Of a stretch of 64,000 bases of DNA, positions 1 to 9,997 are shown piece by piece (position 1 is the stretch's first letter; every line of letters starts with the position of its first letter). The DNA is from Bacteroidales bacterium. GTDB lineage: Bacteria > Bacteroidota > Bacteroidia > Bacteroidales > GCA-2748055. The notes beneath the pieces are model-generated. The model was not told the origin of the DNA. It saw only the letters and a program-made list of their open reading frames with translations, and searched no databases. The position numbers and the translations under genes were made by a program. Location: the NCBI GenBank assembly GCA_029210585.1, contig JARGFP010000006.1, positions 7,949-71,948 of the forward strand, written 5' to 3'.

Positions 1-1457
1 AACAGGATTGAATCCTGCAACCCGGGCAGGGAAGGAATTTTAAATTCAGTGGACAATTCCACGTTCCCGCAGCCAAGGGCGTGCACCCCGATATTGTTGT
101 TAAAAGCAAGGTCTTCAAAGAATACATAGTCATAGAAAACACCCGTGGTATCTGTATATGCCAGGTATTTTTCGTTCCGGGGAACAATCGAATCCACCGC
201 CAGGGTGCTTGAGCTCATCCCATGTTTGAGCACGGCAAAGGCCAGGTTGGGTTTGCCTGCACGATTCACTGCTTCGGCATAGCGCAGGTACAGCATCGCC
301 ACGCGATACACCGGGACCGCCCTGGAAATGTCGGTTGCCATCGTTGTAAATTTGGTGATCTGGTTCATTGTCCGGTCCACATCCATAATATCGTTGGTTT
401 CGATCACCGGAGATGATTCCGGGCTGAGATAGGACCCCATGTCCCCCCGCAGGTCACCTGGTCTCTGAACAGAGGCGGTATGGTAATAGGTTTGGTCATT
501 CCATGTGTCGATGGCAGCTGAAGAGGGAATGATTTCAGGATCGAACCAGGTGATACTGTCCAGGTAGGCTCCCTCCCCAAATTCGGCAGAACCAGCGATC
601 AGGGTAATCTGTTCATAATTGGTAAGTGTAAAGATATAGGGCCAGCCCTGGTTCTCGGGCTCTCTCGACACGAAAACACCATTATCCACTTCCCACAATG
701 ATTGAAAAAAGTCGTCGATCGTATAGGTCTCCTCCTGGATAAGGGCGTAGAATTCACCAGCTGCTTTCTCATAATCACCGTTCCAGAGGTAGAGTTCACC
801 CAGGACCATGCGGACGGGAAAAAAGAGGACATCACTGGAGAGGTCAGCGCCCAGGGAAATTCCCCCGGGAAGGTCAACATCCGTCCATGGGGCAAGATCA
901 TCAATCAATTCAGGTACAAGTGCATCAAGGGTGTACTCAGCAGTTTCCACTTCTTTGTTCACATACAAAACAGGCTCGGTATAATACTGTACAGTACCAT
1001 AGTTAAGTGCTGCCTGCATATAGGTCCAGGCGCGTATGGCCTTGGCAGCGGCAAATTCCTTGTACATCACTTTTTCTGCGTTTGCAGTCAGTGCTGTATC
1101 AATTATGGTTATGAGGTAATTGCAATGATTGATCACCGCATAATAGTCTTCCTGCCGGTTGAATGGATTCTCTGTTGTGATTTTGAAATCATTGATCTCC
1201 TGCAAAAAGGGATCCGCATTGGAGGTGACATCCATCAAATCGCCACGAAGTTCCCCCAACAATATGTACCGGTCTGCAAGTTTCTCAAGCTGGGTAAAAA
1301 TACCGATCATGGAAAAGATCGTATCATTTGGAGAATTCAGCTGATGGTCACCGGGGTATACCAGCCGGTCTGAATCAACATCCAGCAGGGTGTTGCATCC
1401 CATCGCCAATACTGCAAGTAGCGCAGGTACTGTAAATATTTTGGTCAGTTTCTTCAT
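1..1457 (-). CDS. RagB/SusD-family outer-membrane lipoprotein (N-terminal ~485 aa; 3' end runs off the left edge)
   Basis: Absent from the ORF track because it is open at the window edge. The reverse-strand ATG at 1455-1457 gives MKKLTKIFTVPALLAVLAMGCNTLLDVDSDRLVYPGDHQLNSPNDT (lipoprotein signal plus Cys). I hand-translated the same frame at positions 3-137 and found no stop. It lies 68 nt downstream of a SusC-type gene, the canonical susC-susD order. Confidence 0.8.
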   Translation of the reverse strand, partial: MKKLTKIFTVPALLAVLAMGCNTLLDVDSDRLVYPGDHQLNSPNDTIFSMIGIFTQLEKLADRYILLGELRGDLMDVTSNADPFLQEINDFKITTENPFNRQEDYYAVINHCNYLITIIDTALTANAEKVMYKEFAAAKAIRAWTYMQAALNYGTVQYYTEPVLYVNKEVETAEYTLDALVPELIDDLAPWTDVDLPGGISLGADLSSDVLFFPVRMVLGELYLWNGDYEKAAGEFYALIQEETYTIDDFFQSLWEVDNGVFVSREPENQGWPYIFTLTNYEQITLIAGSAEFGEGAYLDSITWFDPEIIPSSAAIDTWNDQTYYHTASVQRPGDLRGDMGSYLSPESSPVIETNDIMDVDRTMNQITKFTTMATDISRAVPVYRVAMLYLRYAEAVNRAGKPNLAFAVLKHGMSSSTLAVDSIVPRNEKYLAYTDTTGVFYDYVFFEDLAFNNNIGVHALGCGNVELSTEFKIPSLPGLQDSIL

Positions 1458-1525
1458 TTTTTTCGTGTTGGTTTAACCGCATATCTCAATTCCTGAAGAG
1501 AGATGCAGTAATCATTCGCGATCGT

Positions 1526-4500
1526 TTACAAATCCATTTTAATACCGATTAGAAAAGTCCTCGTGTGCGGTGTCAACCCTGTATCAATGCCCTGGAACAA
1601 CACGGAGGGATGGGCCGATACCTCTGGGTCGCGCCCCAGGTAACTGGTCAGGGTCCACAGGTTGCGCGCAGCAACCCAGATGTCCATTCCGTCAATCGCG
1701 CTGTTATTGACCGGGATCCTGTAGCTGACAGAAAGCGATTTTAGCCGCAGGTAGGAACCATCTTCGATCCACCGGTCCGAAAAACGTGCATTTCCCATGG
1801 GATCCTGGTAAACAACACGTGGCTGGCCGGTTTCCTGTCCTTCATAATACCAGCGATTCAGTACCGCTGTGGTCTGATTCATGAATCCGCTACCTGCTTC
1901 AAGTTCCGAACGCAGGTAATTATAGATGTCATTTCCATAGGAAAAGGTAAAAAATGCTTCGACTGTAAAATCCCAGATGGAAATTTTACTGCTAAAGGAG
2001 CCGTAAAGATCAGGATTCGGATCTCCAATGATCTGTTTGTCATTGTCATTGATGATCCCATCTGCCATTTCATCTGCAAAATACATATCGCCGGCCCCGA
2101 ATGCATGCGTTGCACCGGTTGAATCTGTCATCACCAGGGGATCCGCTTCCACATCGGATTCACTGGTGTATACGCCATTGGTCCTGTAGCCATAAAACAC
2201 ACCTGCAGGATATCCTACCCTGGTCAGAATCTCTGCATCATATGCAGACGTTACGATATCTCCATCAGGCAGGGATTCGATCCTGTTCCTGTAATGTCCG
2301 ATACTCATACCAAGCTCCCACTTCAGAATATCCAGGTTCAGGAGTTTTGCATTTGTATAGACCTCAAAACCCTTGTTGGTCATTTCACCGCCGTTGTTCC
2401 AGTAGAACCCGCTACCCGCAATTAATGGCAGCGATTGAAGTGTGAGCAGGTTACTGATTTTATTGTTGTAGATATCAGCTGAAACAGCAATGCGATCGTT
2501 GAACAGATTCGCATCCACGCCAACACTCATTTTTGTCGAAGTCTCCCATTGTATTTCCTCATTACCAATATTCCCGATAATGAGCCCGTTGGCCCGGTCC
2601 ATATAGCGTGTCGATGTGAACCAGGGACTCCATGCATAAGGGTCAATGCCATCGTTGCCGGACTGGGAAATGCCACCGCGAATTTTCAGACGATCAATCA
2701 ACGTTGCATTGGCCATGAATTCTTCAGAAGAGAGCAACCAGCCGGCATGCAGCGATGGAAAAACACCCCAGCTGCGATTGAACAGTTGCAGGCCGCCGAT
2801 GGTTGCATTCCCGAAACGTGAGGATCCGTCCATGGCAACTGTGGCAGTGACAAAATAACGGTTATCGTAGCTGTAATCTGCATTGAGGAAGTTTGAAATT
2901 GATTTTATCTCATTATGCGCCCCGCTGGTACTTCTGAAATCTTCTTCATTCAGTAAGTTTCGTTTTTGGTCGGATCCCGAATTATGTCCTTCGGCATAAT
3001 CCAGTTCATAACTATCAGATATATAGCGCCAACCTGCGATGGCATCCAGGCGGTGTTTGCTGTCTGACCGGTACCTGTACTCCAGGCGGGTCTCGTCAAA
3101 CAAAGTGATGTTGCGCATTTGCTGACTTTTGAACACATTCTCTGATAATCCCAGGCCGGGCAGGTAGCGGTCTGCGACGCCTATGATCGGACTGTAGTAG
3201 GTTTCCTTGAACCTGTCGAGGCTGTAATCAAACTGCGAACTGAGCGACAGCGATGGGGCGAGCTGAATTACAGGTTTGGCACCCAGGTTCAGCCGGTAGT
3301 GTTTATTTGTATTCAATGCTTTTTCAATGATCGCAGTCGGGTTCCCCACATTGAAATCATCACTGTCGACCACATCTGTGGTCAATGTGCCGGAGGCAGT
3401 GTATGAATAAGGATTCAGGAAGGGGGCCTTGATCATGGCCAGGTAGGCTGGTGAGGTATAGAACTGCACGCCATCATCGAGTAAATTACGGTCCACATTG
3501 GTAAATCCAACATTCAAGGCCATGTTGATTTTATCGGTCATGACAAAATCAGCATTGAACCGTGTATTGAGCCGCTGCAGGTCGGTGCTCTTCACCACTC
3601 CTTTGCTTCCTGTATACCCCATGGTAAAAGCATAGAGCGCCCGCTCATCTCCACCTTCAACGCCGATGTTGTAGCTTTGTATATTGCCCTGCTGGTATAC
3701 CTCATCCGCCCAGTTGGTGCTGTTATGATAGGTATTATAGTCCAGCCTGGTCGGATCATCCTGCAGGTAACCCAGTTCGTTGATCTGCATGCCGGGCATA
3801 TCCGTAGATCCCAGCAAATCAGTAACATATAGCCTGAACTGATCTCCATCCATCATCGGCAGGATGCCGGGTTGTTCTACGATCCCTCCCAGGGCATTCA
3901 CGGTGATCTTGGTGGCCATGTCCCTTCCCCGCTTCGTTTTTACAAGGAGCACTCCGTTTCCTCCTTTACTGCCATACATGGAGGTACCGTCCCTGATCAC
4001 AGTGACGCTTTCAATGTCGTTCACATCAATATCCGCAAGCTTATTGATAAAATTACCTGCATGCAGGGAAACCAGGTCGTGGTATGTATTCCATACCACA
4101 CCATCCACAACAATCAGAGGCTGTGCATTGAGATTGAGCGAGTTCAGTCCCCTGATAAACATTCTTGAACCATTCCCTGGCGCACCGGAGGCTGACAAGA
4201 TCCGCACCTCTCCGCCCAGGCGTTCCTGTAATACTTCATCCACAGAAATTTTAGACGGTGGCCCTATTTCATCCAGTTCTCCCAGGGCATTTGTTGCATA
4301 TGTACTCCGAACAGGTCCTGTGATCCCCTGTATGTCCCTGTACAAGTCTGTAAATACATCCGGATACAGTTCGATGCGCAGGTCCTTTTTCCCCTGAACA
4401 GGTATTTCCCTGGGATTATAATCGTATGCGAAGACAAACAACACTTCATTCTCAGAACCTGCCTCAATTGTGAATTCCCCGTTTTCATCAGTTGTTGCAG

Positions 4501-4735
4501 CGGCCAGGTGATTAAGCGCCCGTACCTGTACCGCTTCAAGGGGTGTTTTTGTTGCTGCATCAAGAACGAGCCCTTTTACTGTTACTACTGAATCGCCTGG
4601 TACCTGGCCGGTCTGACCGGAAACAGAAGTAAAAAAACCCAGTACCAGGAAAGCAAATACCTGGCGTCGTATTTTTTCAGGTAAGATAAACCCTGTTGTG
4701 CTTTTGATGATCATATTTTTGTTCATTAGTGCCAT
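1526..4735 (-). CDS. SusC/RagA-family TonB-dependent outer-membrane transporter (pair 1)
   Basis: 1069 aa with an ATG at 4733-4735. Signal peptide, then a carboxypeptidase-regulatory-like N-domain (VTVKGLVLDAATKTPLEAVQVRA). Plug region (IESVTVIRDGTSMYGSKGGNGVLLVKTKRG). Long beta-barrel with a typical SusC C-terminus (YLRLKSLSVSY ... GIDTGLTPHTRTFLIGIKMDL). Confidence 0.93.
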   Translation of the reverse strand: MALMNKNMIIKSTTGFILPEKIRRQVFAFLVLGFFTSVSGQTGQVPGDSVVTVKGLVLDAATKTPLEAVQVRALNHLAAATTDENGEFTIEAGSENEVLFVFAYDYNPREIPVQGKKDLRIELYPDVFTDLYRDIQGITGPVRSTYATNALGELDEIGPPSKISVDEVLQERLGGEVRILSASGAPGNGSRMFIRGLNSLNLNAQPLIVVDGVVWNTYHDLVSLHAGNFINKLADIDVNDIESVTVIRDGTSMYGSKGGNGVLLVKTKRGRDMATKITVNALGGIVEQPGILPMMDGDQFRLYVTDLLGSTDMPGMQINELGYLQDDPTRLDYNTYHNSTNWADEVYQQGNIQSYNIGVEGGDERALYAFTMGYTGSKGVVKSTDLQRLNTRFNADFVMTDKINMALNVGFTNVDRNLLDDGVQFYTSPAYLAMIKAPFLNPYSYTASGTLTTDVVDSDDFNVGNPTAIIEKALNTNKHYRLNLGAKPVIQLAPSLSLSSQFDYSLDRFKETYYSPIIGVADRYLPGLGLSENVFKSQQMRNITLFDETRLEYRYRSDSKHRLDAIAGWRYISDSYELDYAEGHNSGSDQKRNLLNEEDFRSTSGAHNEIKSISNFLNADYSYDNRYFVTATVAMDGSSRFGNATIGGLQLFNRSWGVFPSLHAGWLLSSEEFMANATLIDRLKIRGGISQSGNDGIDPYAWSPWFTSTRYMDRANGLIIGNIGNEEIQWETSTKMSVGVDANLFNDRIAVSADIYNNKISNLLTLQSLPLIAGSGFYWNNGGEMTNKGFEVYTNAKLLNLDILKWELGMSIGHYRNRIESLPDGDIVTSAYDAEILTRVGYPAGVFYGYRTNGVYTSESDVEADPLVMTDSTGATHAFGAGDMYFADEMADGIINDNDKQIIGDPNPDLYGSFSSKISIWDFTVEAFFTFSYGNDIYNYLRSELEAGSGFMNQTTAVLNRWYYEGQETGQPRVVYQDPMGNARFSDRWIEDGSYLRLKSLSVSYRIPVNNSAIDGMDIWVAARNLWTLTSYLGRDPEVSAHPSVLFQGIDTGLTPHTRTFLIGIKMDL

Positions 4736-4750
4736 GTAGATTTATATGCC

Positions 4751-6289
4751 TCACTCTAATACAGGTTCCAGGATGATGCAATCGATACGCATCGTTCTGG
4801 AGAATTCTCCGGATTGCTCTTCAACAGCAGTGACATCATTGATCACTTCCAATTTTACAGCGATCCTTTCAAATTCATCGGAAATTACATTCGCGAACTC
4901 GAAATCAAATTGTGTGACCAGCATTTTCATCATGCCAAAAGGCAGCGTGATATTATCCTCCGGCGTGATCCTGCTTACAAAAGTACTGCCGCTGGTCCTG
5001 CGGATATAGGTAAGCACAAACCTCGCCTTGGTTGGAATAAAGTCCAGGGGGTTCACAATGGATGGCGGAACGAACACGCAATAGATGTTGTATTTTGCTG
5101 AGAGTGTATTCGGTATGGAAAATTCAACACTGGGATCTGCCGAAGTGGGGTCCACCAGGATGTAGTTGTTTTCCGAAACATCCAGACCTGAACCATAGCT
5201 GCTGCGGGGAAAAATATTGCTGTTTACATTGATCCTGCCTTCCTGATCTTCTGCCTCAATGCGGATCTCCCGGAACCATGAATCGGTATCGGAATAAGGC
5301 ATCCTGGAGGTTACATGGGCCAGCCCGTTGCTCAGGGGTACCTGGTCGGTATTGCTGAACAGGCTGCCCGGATTATCAAATACAGTTCCGGTTGTGGAAA
5401 CAAGGGAATCAAGGCTGGAGGGTTCTGAAACAACCCCTTCAAACAGCATGTCCTGCACCAGGGTAAATTGAGATTCCTCGCGTTGCCGCTCCCTGCCGCC
5501 TGCATCTTCGGGGAAGTTGAAATAGGGTTCGATCCGGCTATATGCCTCGATCCATGCAGTATTATCCGGAAAAATCGCAGTGTATATGCTGTCTTCGTTA
5601 TCGATTGCCCCTATCTCGTCCAGCACGGGATTGCTGAAGATAAAAACCGTGTCATATACTGCCTGGCCATCTTCATTGACCCCGATCTCCACGCTGTTGA
5701 CCGGATCAAAGATGTTTCTGCTCTGGCCAAAGAGGTACGTGCGAAGCGAGTCAAGGGTTTCCTCTTTCCCGATAAACTCCCAGAGGTTATTCTGATAGGG
5801 TGCATATCCGTCGATCACGTGAAGCAATCCATTAACAGCAGGGGTATTCACTTCAAGCACATTTGAATTCCCGAATGTGTAGCCAGCAGCTTCACGCGAA
5901 AAATAGATGAATTTACCGTTCAACATGCGGATTGCCTGTTGATCAACTCCTGTAGTGGTATAGCGGCTCCTTGCAATATGATTACGAACGATATCCAGCA
6001 CCAGGTCTGCATTGGTCGTGTCCAGTCCTGCAAGCGCGGCATTGCTGGGGGCCCATACTGTAAAGGATTGTGATGCATCAAGAAGCTGGTCATATCCCGA
6101 GATTTTCAGCATGCCGGAAAAGGTGCTTAATCCGGGATGCTCCCGGATATGCGCTGTCAGAGTCTTGTCAGGCAAATTGAACGATCCCGGATCGTAATGT
6201 TCGCTCCATTTTTCCGTGCATGCAGTACCCGTCAACACAAGGGCCATCAGCGCACAGGGCAGGAAACATTTGAGATATGTACTTTTCAT
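4751..6289 (-). CDS. Fasciclin (FAS1)-domain surface lipoprotein with C-terminal beta-sandwich-like region
   Basis: The ORF track extends to 6421, but that extension overlaps the upstream gene. The ATG at 6287-6289 gives MKSTYLKCFLPCALMALVLTGTACTEKW (lipobox). FAS1 H1/H2-like motifs are FTVWAPSNAALAGL ... GLLHVIDGYAP. A second, degenerate copy is YTAIFPDNTAWIEAY ... GLAHVTSRMP. The C-terminal ~150 aa (IRIEAEDQEG ... MRIDCIILEPV) looks like a CBM-type beta-sandwich. Confidence 0.8.
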   Translation of the reverse strand: MKSTYLKCFLPCALMALVLTGTACTEKWSEHYDPGSFNLPDKTLTAHIREHPGLSTFSGMLKISGYDQLLDASQSFTVWAPSNAALAGLDTTNADLVLDIVRNHIARSRYTTTGVDQQAIRMLNGKFIYFSREAAGYTFGNSNVLEVNTPAVNGLLHVIDGYAPYQNNLWEFIGKEETLDSLRTYLFGQSRNIFDPVNSVEIGVNEDGQAVYDTVFIFSNPVLDEIGAIDNEDSIYTAIFPDNTAWIEAYSRIEPYFNFPEDAGGRERQREESQFTLVQDMLFEGVVSEPSSLDSLVSTTGTVFDNPGSLFSNTDQVPLSNGLAHVTSRMPYSDTDSWFREIRIEAEDQEGRINVNSNIFPRSSYGSGLDVSENNYILVDPTSADPSVEFSIPNTLSAKYNIYCVFVPPSIVNPLDFIPTKARFVLTYIRRTSGSTFVSRITPEDNITLPFGMMKMLVTQFDFEFANVISDEFERIAVKLEVINDVTAVEEQSGEFSRTMRIDCIILEPVLE

Positions 6290-6308
6290 ATTCTGTTTCT
6301 TTTCGGAC

Positions 6309-8282
6309 TTAATAGATATCTTCGTATTCCAGTACTTCAACCGGGACAAATTCGAGGTAATCGAACATGAACTCACCTGCGCGCACTGCTTTGACTGCAA
6401 AGGTATGTGTGCTTGCTTCATTGAATGTAAAAATGCCCAGGATGCGCCGCAATGCGGCCGGGCTCATACGTGCACTTGCCCCGCTGTACCAGGCGGTATT
6501 GATCACTTTAAAGCTGGCCGGCCCTTTCATGTATCCACGGTTCCGCATCATTTTGTCATTTTCGAATCCTTCCGGGTCAGCCGGGTCCAGGCCGGGTTGA
6601 ACGTAGCCAATCTCTGGTTCACTTGCATAAATCCGCAGGTCCAGCGGAATTCCTGTCGGCTTGCCATCCCAGTACAGCTGGGCGGCGCCCCTGAAAATCG
6701 TTGGCTGGTATCCGAACCTCACTTCGTAGGTGCCTGCCGGAATGGGAGGAGTGGTTATTTCAAAATCGTACAGTCCCTGCAGCCAGACCTCGTCCCCCTG
6801 GTAGTCACAAAAACGGTCATCGGCATTGTAGTACGCAAAATTTGTGGTTTCGGAGGTTTTGAGCCGCTCGATGTACCCCCTTGGAAAATACCACATCTCT
6901 GAAGGGTAATCGGGGGTGGCATGCCCCACCCGGATATTGTTGTTGGTCAGTTCCGGAAAGAAACTGGCTGCATCCATGCGCAAGCGCTTGCTGGAGATCA
7001 TCCTGTCCACCGCCTGCGAATACGCAAGAATGTTGTCGATTTCATGGTATACGCCATTCACGGCATCATTGTCAAAATTCTCTGTCAGGCGGATCACATC
7101 ACCGCTTTCCGGTATCATGTTGAACTGGTTATACTCGCTGGTGGTCCGCAGGGTACGCACTTCGAGCAGTGTATTTGGACACAAGGTCTCGATATACTCA
7201 AACATATCCACGGTCTTGATGGAATGGGTTTCACCCCTGGATTCATAGAACTGCCCGGTGTTGTCATATTTTTCAATGAACAGCCTGCTGGACAACTTCT
7301 TATTAATCAAGTGGTAAGCGACAAATCGGTTCAGGCTGTTCCTTCGGTCCGTAATATCGGTAATGGAAGCATCTTCAGGATACATCAGGTCATAGACTCC
7401 CCTTGCATATTCCTTCATGTCCTCCAGGTCGTTAATACCCGCATTGGCGTAGGTGGCATTGTTTTCCATCAGGGCAGTAAAACCGTACTTGCGTTCCTTT
7501 GGTACATGTATGATACTTCCGATGGGATAGAATGTCCCTTCTCTTTCCTCATACAAACTTCCCGGATCATAGGTTTCATCCTTGATGGGAAGCAATTCCC
7601 GGTCGAGGCCCGTTGCAATCAATGCTTCAAAGAACAGGGAAAAGTCGTCATCTGCAGCAATGGCTTCAATGAGGGTATTTTCCGTTGGTGAAAGCACCTT
7701 GTTGATGGTATGCACCACACCGTTATGCACCTCAATATCCCTGGCGCCTATCACAGAGGTGGTATTTACGCGATATAAAAGGGTACTCTCACCCGGCTCA
7801 AAACTGATTTTGAGATAACGACCGCTCATGGTCAGATTGGGAAGAAAGCCATCGACAAATTCATCCGAAGTCACGATAAAATCGCTGATGATGTGGTCAT
7901 ACGCGATTTTTTTCAGTGTGTCAGCGGTAAAATCATCCAGTGAATTCTTGCCCTTGGAATGGTAGAAATTAAACATTGCCTCGTTGTCCGGGAGAAAGCA
8001 GGTATATTTTCCATAGGCATTCAATAATCCCATCACACCACCTAACTCAAGCATCCGGGAAAATTCTGAATAGGTTTCAGGCCGATTGGCAATATAGTCA
8101 CCCATGGTCTCCCCTGTAAATGTGTAGTAGGTGTCCCCGACATCATCGCTGTCGCATCCAGCCAGAAGACCAGCCAGGAGGACTGCGATCAGCAGATAAC
8201 TGCCAAAAGAGCGATACCAACTTGAAATAGGTCTGCTGTTTTCCGGGGTTTTGCCTTGTATATTCCTTCTATTTATCTTCAT
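6309..8282 (-). CDS. Fasciclin (FAS1)-domain surface lipoprotein, two FAS1 modules plus C-terminal beta-sandwich-like region
   Basis: 657 aa with an ATG at 8280-8282. Lipobox LLAGLLAGCDSDD. FAS1 motifs are YTCFLPDNEAMFNFY ... GVVHTINKVLSPT and GVYHEIDNILAYS. The C-terminus reads AGTYEVRFGYQP ... FMFDYLEFVPVE. Confidence 0.8.
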   Translation of the reverse strand: MKINRRNIQGKTPENSRPISSWYRSFGSYLLIAVLLAGLLAGCDSDDVGDTYYTFTGETMGDYIANRPETYSEFSRMLELGGVMGLLNAYGKYTCFLPDNEAMFNFYHSKGKNSLDDFTADTLKKIAYDHIISDFIVTSDEFVDGFLPNLTMSGRYLKISFEPGESTLLYRVNTTSVIGARDIEVHNGVVHTINKVLSPTENTLIEAIAADDDFSLFFEALIATGLDRELLPIKDETYDPGSLYEEREGTFYPIGSIIHVPKERKYGFTALMENNATYANAGINDLEDMKEYARGVYDLMYPEDASITDITDRRNSLNRFVAYHLINKKLSSRLFIEKYDNTGQFYESRGETHSIKTVDMFEYIETLCPNTLLEVRTLRTTSEYNQFNMIPESGDVIRLTENFDNDAVNGVYHEIDNILAYSQAVDRMISSKRLRMDAASFFPELTNNNIRVGHATPDYPSEMWYFPRGYIERLKTSETTNFAYYNADDRFCDYQGDEVWLQGLYDFEITTPPIPAGTYEVRFGYQPTIFRGAAQLYWDGKPTGIPLDLRIYASEPEIGYVQPGLDPADPEGFENDKMMRNRGYMKGPASFKVINTAWYSGASARMSPAALRRILGIFTFNEASTHTFAVKAVRAGEFMFDYLEFVPVEVLEYEDIY

Positions 8283-8294
8283 CTTCGCTGCTTT

Positions 8295-9857
8295 TTAATC
8301 GTACAATCCTTCAGATATAAGTTCGTAGTATGAATTCTGTTCCAGGGCCGGATTTGCCTTGAGTTCATCGGTATGGATCGGCAGGTAGAGTGCGTCCATT
8401 ACCGACATCTTGGTTGCCTGGATCGTGGCACTTCCGGTAAATTTCTTCACCACATAGTTCAGCAAGGGTGAAGGTTCATTTTCCCTGCGCGCCAGGCGCA
8501 TCAAATCAAACCAGCGCTTCCCTTCAAACATCAGCTCGCGCTGACGTTCCCGCAGGAGCAATTTGTCGAGATCCAGTTTTGTATTGTAATTGGACAGCCT
8601 CAGTTCTCCGTCGATGAGCTCGGGATTCGCCCGCAGGTAGGTGGCATTGATCAGGTCCATCGCATCTTCGAGGTTGGTTTGGAGCTGGATCAGGGCTTCG
8701 GCCTTCATCAGCATGATTTCGGGGAGCCGGTAGACGATCCAGTTGGCCGAAGTACTGCGGTAAATGTAGGTACTAACCCCGGTGGTGACGTTCTCCTGGC
8801 GCAGCGCACCTGCATATTTAAAGACAAAATACCTGTCGCCACCGGTTTCCTGCCTGAGGAAATCCTTTTCCCGCAGATCCTCTTCACTTTCCTTAGCAGT
8901 TCCCGCCTGGAAATCGAACGGACTTGCATCCCCGGTAACAAGCACGCCAGGAAAACTCCACTGTCCGTTCTGGTATCCATAGTAACCAAAGAAATCCCGG
9001 GCCACCCAGTTGAACATGATATCATCATCAAACTGAAGTTCAAAAATGCTTTCCGATGAATTTCCCAGGTAGAAAACTTCTGAAATCACATCTTTACCGG
9101 GTACCAGTGCCAGTTGCTGTTCCGTATCGCTCAATACCTGGTCGCAGAGTTCCACGCATTTACTGTATTCCTCCTGCCATAAATAGATATCAGCCAACAA
9201 TGCCCTCACTGCGTTCCGGGTGATCCTTCCCTTGTTATAATCGGGAATCTCGAACCTGTCGCGTGCAAAGATCATGGCTGTTTCAAGGTCGCTTACAAGG
9301 TGCGTAAGGATCGTGTCTTCGGGAGATTTTGGAATCGTGTATTCCTGGGCATCATCAATACTGGGGTTGTCGATCCAGGGAACCTCTCCGAAGGTTCTCA
9401 CCAGGTAAAAGTAGGACAGCGCCCTGATTGTCAGCACCTCTGCTTCCATGGCGCGCAGTTTTGATTCGGTGAAATTCGGATCAATTTTCACCACCCGGGG
9501 AGCATAATGCAAAAAGTTATTGCAATAGTTGATCACCGTGTACATTGAGCCCCAGTGGCAGTATTCATTGTCGGGCGAGATATCCACATTCAGCATTTTG
9601 TACATATCCGTTGGCATTCCGTTACCGAATGTAACGTTATCGGAGCGCAGTTCCCCCCAGACGACCATCCTGCCCATGGTTCCAGGTTCGGTAAGGGACC
9701 TGTAACAGGCCGAAAGCACCTGGTTGACCTGGCTTTCATTCTGCCAGTAATCATCCAGTACGATTTCGCTTTCAGGCCTGATATCCAGCCAGTCACTGCA
9801 AGAAGTGGCTGTGAACAAGAACCCTGTGATTGAAAGTATTGATACTATGCTTTTCAT
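8295..9857 (-). CDS. RagB/SusD-family nutrient-binding outer-membrane lipoprotein (pair 2)
   Basis: 520 aa. MKSIVSILSITGFLFTATSCSDWLDIRPESE is a lipoprotein signal followed by the typical SusD N-terminal motif. TPR-like helical content. The conserved C-terminal block is RERQRELMFEGKRWFDLMRL. Confidence 0.92.
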   Translation of the reverse strand: MKSIVSILSITGFLFTATSCSDWLDIRPESEIVLDDYWQNESQVNQVLSACYRSLTEPGTMGRMVVWGELRSDNVTFGNGMPTDMYKMLNVDISPDNEYCHWGSMYTVINYCNNFLHYAPRVVKIDPNFTESKLRAMEAEVLTIRALSYFYLVRTFGEVPWIDNPSIDDAQEYTIPKSPEDTILTHLVSDLETAMIFARDRFEIPDYNKGRITRNAVRALLADIYLWQEEYSKCVELCDQVLSDTEQQLALVPGKDVISEVFYLGNSSESIFELQFDDDIMFNWVARDFFGYYGYQNGQWSFPGVLVTGDASPFDFQAGTAKESEEDLREKDFLRQETGGDRYFVFKYAGALRQENVTTGVSTYIYRSTSANWIVYRLPEIMLMKAEALIQLQTNLEDAMDLINATYLRANPELIDGELRLSNYNTKLDLDKLLLRERQRELMFEGKRWFDLMRLARRENEPSPLLNYVVKKFTGSATIQATKMSVMDALYLPIHTDELKANPALEQNSYYELISEGLYD

Positions 9858-9997
9858 CGATTAATTTTTAAATGTTATCAAGTCCGATAGTGCCCGACAT
9901 AACAGCCTGTCAATGGTTCCTGTCGCCTGGTGTGAATTATGCACCAGCGTGTATGAGAATACTATTGTCATGGCCCGGTTCATATCCCTTATTTTTA

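Noticed and set aside
538-547. GGATCGAACC (reverse complement GGTTCGATCC), a tRNA T-arm-like decamer
   Set aside because: The flanks do not form a T-stem or an acceptor stem, and the site lies inside the SusD coding frame. I found no tRNA in any intergenic region.
702-1373. 223-aa plus-strand ORF at the left edge (the same situation applies at 6216-6902, 6921-7691, 33853-34572, 39673-40296, 48505-49152 and 56811-57389)
   Set aside because: Each lies antisense to a gene with strong family motifs (SusD, FAS1, cyclase-HD, HtrA, PdxB, UxaC). None has a motif or a signal of its own.
6290-6421. N-terminal extensions proposed by the ORF track (4751-6421; also 32172-33701, 31228, 45204, 36503, 13291)
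   Set aside because: The ORF caller uses TTG/GTG starts and takes the longest ORF. Internal ATGs give proper signal peptides or lipoboxes, or match known N-termini, and they remove overlaps with upstream genes.
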